Below, one piece after another: positions 57,958 through 64,000 of a stretch of 64,000 bases of DNA. The stretch lies in the IMG/VR virus record IMGVR_UViG_3300009999_000006; one strand, written 5' to 3'. Within the stretch, counting starts at the first letter, position 1, and each line of letters opens with the position of its first letter. The stretch comes from a virus. The position numbers were made by a program, and so were the translations under genes. A model generated the notes under the pieces. It did no database searches, was not told where the DNA came from, and was given only the letters and a program-made list of their open reading frames with translations.

Positions 57958-58233
57958 ATGAAATTCTTCGACACGCATACACGTACAAATGTAGACCATC
58001 CACTCGTAGCCGTTACGTTAGCCAACGGTCAAAAAGGGGTATTCGTACAGAACGAGATATCGTGTATCAATGGCTTTGATTTTAAACGGAAGATTCTTTC
58101 GCAACAGTCGATTGCGGGAACCGTCTACGGGCGCGGCATCCCACTCGAACAGGCGGTTGCTAATTTCAATGAATCTGTCTATGCTAAGAAACGTATCGTC
58201 GAGTACCACATCCTAGAGGAGGCTACAACATGA
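57958..58233 (+). CDS. Hypothetical protein
   Basis: Abuts the upstream stop. Confidence 0.65.
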   Translation: MKFFDTHTRTNVDHPLVAVTLANGQKGVFVQNEISCINGFDFKRKILSQQSIAGTVYGRGIPLEQAVANFNESVYAKKRIVEYHILEEATT

Positions 58234-58514
58234 ACGAAGTTTATCGTATGATGGAAGAAATTGGCTATGACAAACTCCCACACCGTGGGGAGACCGTCAC
58301 CAAGAAGTATATGGACGTATACAAAGATGGTGTCCAACATGAAACTATCAGTCATCACCGTCAAGTCTCTTTCAACAACCAAGGACAACGGTTATACGAA
58401 GTCTCTGTCAATGGCATAGAATTCTATCCGATTCCTTATGGGTTCGATGTGCCATTCAAGTTTCCCGGGGCGACTATCTACTCCATGATTACACACGCTA
58501 AGTTTAATCAATAA
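58230..58514 (+). CDS. Hypothetical protein
   Basis: GAGGAGG RBS; ATGA overlap. Confidence 0.7.
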   Translation: MNEVYRMMEEIGYDKLPHRGETVTKKYMDVYKDGVQHETISHHRQVSFNNQGQRLYEVSVNGIEFYPIPYGFDVPFKFPGATIYSMITHAKFNQ

Positions 58515-58535
58515 TACTACTAGGGGGAATTACTC

Positions 58536-58898
58536 ATGAATACTGCCAACCAACTAAAACAACTTGCTGACCAACACCATCTTGGAACTATCGAGATGGA
58601 CACCTTACTCGCCATCACAGAAAGAATTGGACGGACGGCGACGATTCAAGCTCAACAAGGAAAGTATGAAATGACTATCTCTTGTGATGACAAGACAGGA
58701 TTCAATGAGTATCTTCCCGCGAATCATACCAATATCCGTCTCGTCGAAAAGGAACTGCATAAGCATGGCTATGATACAAAACTATATTGCCGAGCAGACG
58801 AACCTCAAGGTTACATCATCAATATCAGATGGGGTACGCCTCACTCTCATGTTCGTATGCCTCATATTGCTATCATGAATAGTCGTGCACCATTCTAA
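58536..58898 (+). CDS. Hypothetical protein (family with 59707 and 60130)
   Basis: RBS; QAQQGKY...HGY...IRW. Confidence 0.7.
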   Translation: MNTANQLKQLADQHHLGTIEMDTLLAITERIGRTATIQAQQGKYEMTISCDDKTGFNEYLPANHTNIRLVEKELHKHGYDTKLYCRADEPQGYIINIRWGTPHSHVRMPHIAIMNSRAPF

Positions 58899-58941
58899 TC
58901 GAGGGCCTTCGGGCTCTCTTTTTTTTAAAGGAGGACACATT

Positions 58942-59208
58942 ATGAAACACAATGATACGACACATCGGCTTGCCCTTGCCATGAACACCGTATTCACCAC
59001 TCAACAAATCAATCAAACTCATCCTGAAACGATTGAATTCGTTGAAGCTTCTGGCTTTCAATCTATCGGTGATGATTCCAAAGTCATTCGGTATTATACA
59101 GCAGAAAAGGTAGCTGACATCGTCGGTTATACAGGTGCTGACTACAGCCATGCCGTTACAAATATCTTTGAATTCTTTGAAGACACGGAACAACTTTTAC
59201 GCTTTTGA
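58942..59208 (+). CDS. Hypothetical protein (LAxAMN-like family)
   Basis: AAAGGAGG RBS; HRLALAMN. Confidence 0.7.
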   Translation: MKHNDTTHRLALAMNTVFTTQQINQTHPETIEFVEASGFQSIGDDSKVIRYYTAEKVADIVGYTGADYSHAVTNIFEFFEDTEQLLRF

Positions 59209-59282
59209 GGGCCTTCGGGCTCTCTTTTTTTAAAGTTACACACATCTCCAGTGACTACACACATTCAAAAGCTTTTAAAAGA

Positions 59283-59316
59283 AAAAGCGGGGGCCTACGG
59301 CCTCCTTTTTTTGATT
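59283..59316 (+). promoter_or_regulatory. AGCGG-hairpin-TGATT element, copy 6
   Basis: AGCGG-N21-TGATT. Confidence 0.7.
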
Positions 59317-59360
59317 ATCAGTAGCTATAGCCATTCACCTTATAGGAAGGAAGATATCTC

Positions 59361-59666
59361 ATGGAAGAACAAATGTATGCGTACCAACACATCTTGAAAC
59401 ACACATCGAAATTCGATGACATCACTGTTGGGTTAGCTTCTGTCGTCAATGGACTCGTCAATGACCTCCTTGCCAAGAACTCCGATTTCATTCGCATGAA
59501 CAGTGAACAGCGTTTGTACTCGGCTGTCGCTAAAGCCCGTATGCTGGAAATGCAACTCGCTTATACGATTGACTTCAGTCATACCCCATTGCTTCCAGAG
59601 ATTCTTCCGCTGGACCCGATTCAGGTCCATGCCTTACAGGAAGAATACGAAGCCCAGTTCCAATAA
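59361..59666 (+). CDS. Hypothetical protein
   Basis: RBS; 101 aa. Confidence 0.65.
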   Translation: MEEQMYAYQHILKHTSKFDDITVGLASVVNGLVNDLLAKNSDFIRMNSEQRLYSAVAKARMLEMQLAYTIDFSHTPLLPEILPLDPIQVHALQEEYEAQFQ

Positions 59667-59706
59667 GAGCCTTCGGGCTCTTACATACCTAAAGGAGGAG
59701 ATAACA

Positions 59707-60066
59707 ATGAGAAAAGCAGATATCACGTACAAAATCACACAAGAAGCTCAGGCTGAAATTCAACAAAAGACAGCTATCGAAAATGTTGCTTCTAGTCTTG
59801 ACAGCTTCATCCAAGCAAAAGCTAATAAAGGAATGACTTATGTCAAAGTCGCTACCGGTTTTTTACCTTTTAATGAAAATTTTCCTGTTACCATCACTAA
59901 CCTGAATTTAGTTGTAGAGCATGTTCGCACTTTTGGATACAAGGCACATGTATTGTTAAATCAACGTACCAATGAAATGGTATTCCATATTGATTGGACG
60001 CCAAGTCCAATGGATATCTTATTCAAGGACTTTGGTAGCATCCTCGACCCTGAAGGTCGTTTTTAA
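59707..60066 (+). CDS. Hypothetical protein
   Basis: AAAGGAGG RBS; start corrected. Confidence 0.7.
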   Translation: MRKADITYKITQEAQAEIQQKTAIENVASSLDSFIQAKANKGMTYVKVATGFLPFNENFPVTITNLNLVVEHVRTFGYKAHVLLNQRTNEMVFHIDWTPSPMDILFKDFGSILDPEGRF

Positions 60067-60072
60067 AAGAAC

Positions 60073-60106
60073 AAGAGCGGGGGCCTACGGCCTCCTTCTT
60101 TTGATT
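60073..60106 (+). promoter_or_regulatory. AGCGG-hairpin-TGATT element, copy 7
   Basis: AGCGG-N21-TGATT. Confidence 0.7.
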
Positions 60107-60129
60107 AAGAAAGGAAAGGAGAGGTAAAG

Positions 60130-60447
60130 ATGGAACTCTTACAAGAACTTCGACAGACCGCAGACTTAGCAAATGAAAAAAAACGCATCCAGCAACAAGA
60201 GCAAAAAGAACAGCTCAACAACGTCGTCGAAGAAATCATTGCTAGTTGTCGGGCACAAGCCGCTGAAGGGGAATACGACCACCTCATCCGCCTCAAAGAC
60301 TATACGTACCTCATGAAGGACGTTGAACAATTTGCTGGTACCATCAAACAGAAAATGAGCTACTACGGCATCAACAACCGTACAGGTAAATTCTCAGATG
60401 ATGATATCGTGTTCACATGGGAACACGAGAAGGGTGTGGGCTTATGA
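60130..60447 (+). CDS. Hypothetical protein
   Basis: GAGG RBS. Confidence 0.7.
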   Translation: MELLQELRQTADLANEKKRIQQQEQKEQLNNVVEEIIASCRAQAAEGEYDHLIRLKDYTYLMKDVEQFAGTIKQKMSYYGINNRTGKFSDDDIVFTWEHEKGVGL

Positions 60448-60947
60448 AGATAGGAATCATCGGCATGCGGATGCGGAAACACCATAAGTTTTACAACCGC
60501 AACAGTCCGAAGCTTGAAGACATCTTCAAGTGGCAAGAAGAACAGTTGGAACGCTTAGCGAAAGAAGGGCATACCTTCTTAATCGGGTGTGCTGACCACT
60601 GGGACTCCCGTGCCATGAAGTGGTTGTTCTATAACGGATACGCTGACCAAATTAAGCTTATCCTTCCCTTCCCCGGATTCGGAGAGAAACAAGGACAGGA
60701 TTGGCGAACCGTCCGGCAACAGCTGGAATTCCGTAACCAAGCCACGTACATGCACACGGAAGCCACAGGGGATGAGTATCAGATGCTCAACCACCGGAAC
60801 CGAGAAGTTATCACCGAAAGTGACTGGATTCTCTGGTTATGGGACGGCGCACAGAAAGACGCCTACAGTCATATGATTTTGAATAAGAAACCGGGATTCG
60901 TTTTCCCATGGCGGGACTATGTCGCTAGTCATAAACAAACCGTATAA
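60444..60947 (+). CDS. YpsA/DUF1273-like SLOG protein
   Basis: KIGIIG, FLIGCADHWD, LILPF, RNREVITESD...LWDG. Confidence 0.7.
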   Translation: MKIGIIGMRMRKHHKFYNRNSPKLEDIFKWQEEQLERLAKEGHTFLIGCADHWDSRAMKWLFYNGYADQIKLILPFPGFGEKQGQDWRTVRQQLEFRNQATYMHTEATGDEYQMLNHRNREVITESDWILWLWDGAQKDAYSHMILNKKPGFVFPWRDYVASHKQTV

Positions 60948-60993
60948 TCATTGTCCATAACTCAATCGCATACAAAAAGGAGAGATTTTTATT

Positions 60994-61377
60994 ATGTCTA
61001 CTACACAAGTTATTGGTTCACGCCGTCGTTATCAATTCGAGGATAAGTTCGTTATCGAGGGACAAGAAGTCCGTGTCAGCTTAACTGCTGGTGTTCTTGC
61101 TAAGATTGAAGAGTATGGTCTCAGTCAATATGAAATCGTGGCGGATTTACAGATGTCGGCGCCGGACGCGTTATCGTTAAAGAACAACATGAAATTCGCG
61201 GTACTCAATCCCTTCATGAATACCTGCATTATCGCTAGTATCTATAGTGATAACGGTGTCGTGTATATCGATGGGTTCGATGTCCGTAACACCATTCCAT
61301 ATGGCAACGTCCGTCCTGATGGGTCACAAGGGTATCGATTAGGAGCGATTGACGCTATCCTAACGGTTGCCCAATGA
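60994..61377 (+). CDS. Hypothetical protein
   Basis: AAAGGAG RBS. Confidence 0.7.
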   Translation: MSTTQVIGSRRRYQFEDKFVIEGQEVRVSLTAGVLAKIEEYGLSQYEIVADLQMSAPDALSLKNNMKFAVLNPFMNTCIIASIYSDNGVVYIDGFDVRNTIPYGNVRPDGSQGYRLGAIDAILTVAQ

Positions 61378-61493
61378 AGCCCCGGGAAACGCGATACAAA
61401 GAGTCTGAAGGCAATGTACAGGAGACTGTCAGCATCGCCTTCGGCTTCTTCGGCATCATGTACTTCATTGTTCATCTAGCGATTCACCTGTAA
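61374..61493 (+). CDS. 39-aa membrane peptide
   Basis: ATGA-coupled start; C-terminal hydrophobic helix; below the ORF-track cutoff. Confidence 0.45.
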   Translation: MKPRETRYKESEGNVQETVSIAFGFFGIMYFIVHLAIHL

Positions 61494-61504
61494 GTTCAAA
61501 AGAA

Positions 61505-61532
61505 AAGAGCGGGGGCCTACGGCCTCCTTCTT
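61505..61532 (+). promoter_or_regulatory. AGCGG-hairpin element, copy 8 (no TGATT)
   Basis: AAGAGCGGGGGCCTACGGCCTCCTTCTT. Confidence 0.65.
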
Positions 61533-61572
61533 ATACGGGTTCATACTCTCACACTCGAAAGGAAGTTATCTC

Positions 61573-62157
61573 ATGCAAACAAGCACATTCGTTCAATCAT
61601 ATTATCAGAATCCGAAGGACAAGCCGTTACTCAAACGAGTCGGTGGCATCCTCCCCGTCTCGAAAAATGTCTTCAATGAGGAAATCACTGACCTCAAAGT
61701 CGATAACGTCACCCACGCCATCAACATCCAGAAGATTGCTCAGCACCTTGGTTTGGAACTGGAAGATGTCACCCATGACGCTGTCGAAATTTGTGGTATG
61801 AAACAAGAAGCGAAAGTCTTCGAGAAGAAGGTACAGGACTTCGACCACCGGGAACATCAATTCGCCAACGGTTCTATCGTCGAGAAGATGCGTCGTTTCG
61901 TCGGAAGCAATCCGATTGACCCACGCTCACAAGTCCCACGAGAGCAACAAGCGCCTGTCATCAACATCACACTCCCTGAAGGTTTAGCTGGTGGAGATGC
62001 TAGTCTTTCAGCTCGTCTGGAAGCACAGGAAACGAACACGAAGGCGCTCGATGCCAAAGTCTCTAGTCTCCTTGAAATCTTGGAAGCTCAGTTTAAAACG
62101 GCTCAAGCCGAAGGTGCCGCGCAAACGCCAGCACCAGAAGTCGTAGAAGCCAAGTAA
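61573..62157 (+). CDS. Hypothetical protein
   Basis: AAAGGA RBS; C-terminal coiled coil. Confidence 0.7.
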   Translation: MQTSTFVQSYYQNPKDKPLLKRVGGILPVSKNVFNEEITDLKVDNVTHAINIQKIAQHLGLELEDVTHDAVEICGMKQEAKVFEKKVQDFDHREHQFANGSIVEKMRRFVGSNPIDPRSQVPREQQAPVINITLPEGLAGGDASLSARLEAQETNTKALDAKVSSLLEILEAQFKTAQAEGAAQTPAPEVVEAK

Positions 62158-62217
62158 GGTCAGCGGGGAGAGAAGAACCCGCTCTCCCCTTACATATTAG
62201 AAAAGGAGGTCTCACCC

Positions 62218-62403
62218 ATGAACGATGATTTGGAAACATTCCGTACACTCTTGTTATTCATTGGATTAATCTTTATCGCTTTCGGCGCCCTCATTGCCAA
62301 GATTGCCAACCTCAACGGTCAAATCGTCGACCACTTCATTGGGTGGGGCACTTTCATGGCCATTGGCATCTTCATCATCTTCAAAGCACTTACTATGAAC
62401 TAG
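62218..62403 (+). CDS. Small membrane protein
   Basis: AAGGAGG RBS; two TM helices. Confidence 0.7.
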   Translation: MNDDLETFRTLLLFIGLIFIAFGALIAKIANLNGQIVDHFIGWGTFMAIGIFIIFKALTMN

Positions 62404-62414
62404 GAGGCATTGTC

Positions 62415-62618
62415 ATGGTTATACTCGCTACGATTCTTACTCTCTTTCTCTTGTTCCAAACACGTTACATGATTCGCGCGACCGTCAAGTTCTGGAACGT
62501 CCGACATTCAAAGGACGGTGTTAAACGGCATTTCCACAAACAAGAACTGATTCTATGCATCAACCTCTATATTCTCTCCATTGCTTTTGCTGTTGGATTG
62601 ATACTAGGAAATCTTTAA
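62415..62618 (+). CDS. Small membrane protein
   Basis: AGGAGG RBS; two TM helices. Confidence 0.7.
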   Translation: MVILATILTLFLLFQTRYMIRATVKFWNVRHSKDGVKRHFHKQELILCINLYILSIAFAVGLILGNL

Positions 62619-62622
62619 GAAC

Positions 62623-62657
62623 AAAAGCGGGGGGCATACGCCCTCCTTTTCTTGATT
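62623..62657 (+). promoter_or_regulatory. AGCGG-hairpin-TGATT element, copy 9
   Basis: AGCGG-N22-TGATT. Confidence 0.7.
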
Positions 62658-62678
62658 ACATTCAGGGAGGAATCCATT

Positions 62679-63017
62679 ATGCATAAAACGCTACAAGAAG
62701 AACACCAGCGTGTAAAGAATCTTATTTGGAATCATACCGTCAGTCGCATCAATTGTGCCTCAGACGAAGAGTTCACGAGACGTAATACTATCCTTGAACT
62801 CAAAGATTTTGTCCTTTCCAATGATATCAACGATAGCTTACTTGCAGACGGTGCTCCTTCCATGGGCATGGGCTACAATGGCACCATGGACATTCAATGC
62901 AACCTCCGTATTCTTCGCAATGCCATCCCTAACGCTTATCCCATGATGGAAGAGCATACGTATGAGCAACTGATTCAAGCGCAAAATGAATTCGCCGAGG
63001 AGATGCAAGAGCTTTAA
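62679..63017 (+). CDS. Hypothetical protein
   Basis: GGGAGG RBS; start corrected. Confidence 0.7.
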   Translation: MHKTLQEEHQRVKNLIWNHTVSRINCASDEEFTRRNTILELKDFVLSNDINDSLLADGAPSMGMGYNGTMDIQCNLRILRNAIPNAYPMMEEHTYEQLIQAQNEFAEEMQEL

Positions 63018-63021
63018 AGAC

Positions 63022-63056
63022 AAGAGCGGGGGGCATACGCCCCTCTTTTAATGATT
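63022..63056 (+). promoter_or_regulatory. AGCGG-hairpin-TGATT element, copy 10
   Basis: AGCGG-N22-TGATT, immediately before the hammerhead. Confidence 0.7.
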
Positions 63057-63057
63057 A

Positions 63058-63120
63058 TGCCGAAACGTCGAAAGACGTCATCTACGGGTACCCTCCGTAG
63101 GTCTGATGATGGCAGGGAAC
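63058..63120 (+). ncRNA. Type II hammerhead ribozyme
   Basis: UGCC GAAA CGUC-GAAA-GACG UC^ AUCUACGG-GUACCCU-CCGUAGGU CUGAUGA U GGCA. Complete core and three stems; loop I can pair with 3' GGGAAC. Confidence 0.92.
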
Positions 63121-63140
63121 AGGTCAAGGTCAAACCCGTT

Positions 63141-63174
63141 AAGAGCGGGGGACTACGCCCTTCTTTTCTTGATT
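63141..63174 (+). promoter_or_regulatory. AGCGG-hairpin-TGATT element, copy 11
   Basis: AGCGG-N21-TGATT. Confidence 0.7.
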
Positions 63175-63259
63175 CAGAAGACACGGTTCCTTTTTCTCAA
63201 GAAGGAATTGAGTCTTTTGGGCACACTAGTCCACGCGACGTTAAAAGGAGGAATTACTC

Positions 63260-63838
63260 ATGCAAACTCAACAAGGATTATCTCTCGACATGGACAAAGT
63301 CAACGAAGCCAAAGGTTCGAAATGGTATCTTGCGGATACGCATTCTAACGACCAAGCTTCAAATGCCGCAATCGGTGTTGACAATATCGTCGTCACAGGC
63401 GTTGAATCGGCTTCTGCTCAAAGCGTTGGTGCCGTCGCTCAGGTTCAATTGCACACTGTCGTCGGTTCGTTCTACTTCTCTGTCTTCCGTGGGAAAGCAG
63501 ACCCATCATCTCTTCGTCTTGCGATTCCATCACGCGAATACGTTGACAAAGACGGCGTGAAGCAATATCAGGAACATTACCAACTGAACTCTTCTGTTCG
63601 GGCACAGGTTCTGAAACACGTGCATGCGAAGTGCAAACAGGCGGAAGTCGTTGCGCAACAAACGCAAGCACAAACACAGGCTCCTGCTCCAGCGGGTATG
63701 GACGCGGACATGATGGCTCAGTTCCAACAGTTCCTTCAGTTCAAAGCGATGCAAGAACAGGCTCCTTCGGCTCCTGCCGTCACACAGTCTACGGAACAAC
63801 CTTCAGTGCCTGGTATCATCCGTGATAACGCGTACTGA
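63260..63838 (+). CDS. SpoVG-like nucleic-acid-binding protein with Q/A-rich tail
   Basis: LRLAIPSREY..KDG...Y....LNSSVRAQV resembles the SpoVG MPS...DG...INSETR pattern; AAGGAGG RBS. Confidence 0.5.
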   Translation: MQTQQGLSLDMDKVNEAKGSKWYLADTHSNDQASNAAIGVDNIVVTGVESASAQSVGAVAQVQLHTVVGSFYFSVFRGKADPSSLRLAIPSREYVDKDGVKQYQEHYQLNSSVRAQVLKHVHAKCKQAEVVAQQTQAQTQAPAPAGMDADMMAQFQQFLQFKAMQEQAPSAPAVTQSTEQPSVPGIIRDNAY

Positions 63839-63847
63839 TTAAAGGTC

Positions 63848-63882
63848 AAAAGCGGGGGGCTACGCCCCTCTTCTTTTTGATT
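63848..63882 (+). promoter_or_regulatory. AGCGG-hairpin-TGATT element, copy 12
   Basis: AGCGG-N22-TGATT. Confidence 0.7.
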
Positions 63883-63905
63883 ATCTGCTTTTCTGCAACC
63901 CTGCT

Positions 63906-63984
63906 AACGGAGCGGGCGTTGTCTACGCATTAGGAGTCCTTCCCCTACTTCTTGTGCGTAGACAGCGTCTGTCTCTGTTTTTTA
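63906..63984 (+). ncRNA. Long hairpin RNA/terminator with C-rich loop
   Basis: About 30-bp stem with G-U pairs, loop CCUUCCCCU, followed by a U-tract. Confidence 0.55.
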
Positions 63985-64000
63985 CTTAATCCTAGACACA

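Noticed and set aside
62160..62192. AGCGGGGAGAG...CTCTCCCC as a further AGCGG element (also a weak variant near 51442-51476)
   Set aside because: Lacks the TAC loop or the full AGCGG/TGATT geometry; treated as probable terminators and not counted
63051..63560. 169-aa + strand ORF
   Set aside because: No RBS; overlaps the hammerhead, a repeat element and the better-supported 63260 gene
54813..63882. Repeats as a CRISPR array or integron attC sites
   Set aside because: Spacing is gene-sized and irregular, repeats are degenerate, there are no attC R-box ends, and no cas or integrase gene is in the window
1..64000. tRNA or rRNA genes
   Set aside because: No cloverleaf or rRNA-like sequence seen in the intergenic regions

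Overview
A 64 kb segment of a large tailed (myovirus-type) phage or phage-plasmid. Strong GGAGG-type RBSs and YpsA-, SpoVG- and YonO-like genes suggest a Bacillota host. Positions 1-46200 (- strand) are the virion operon. It contains a putative small terminase, four Gly-rich candidate internal proteins and a large terminase split by an intein in Walker A and a group I intron in Walker B. These are followed by a metallophosphoesterase, portal, protease/scaffold, capsid, neck, two sheath-like, three tube-like and two chaperone genes. The operon ends with a 2064-aa tape-measure-position protein, a 2512-aa protein combining a DEDD exonuclease with a fused beta/beta'-like RNA polymerase, and a >1940-aa hub protein with a thermonuclease domain that runs off the window. 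After a repeat-rich strand switch (about 45100-47600), the + strand carries a second, YonO/RdRP-like RNA polymerase, possibly split over two genes. Next comes an array of small genes punctuated by 12 copies of a fixed-geometry AGCGG-hairpin-TGATT element, a type II hammerhead ribozyme and other structured RNAs. The most striking system is a candidate host-independent transcription cascade: virion RNAP, non-virion RNAP and phage-specific promoter elements. All calls come from reading motifs by eye; no database searches were run.
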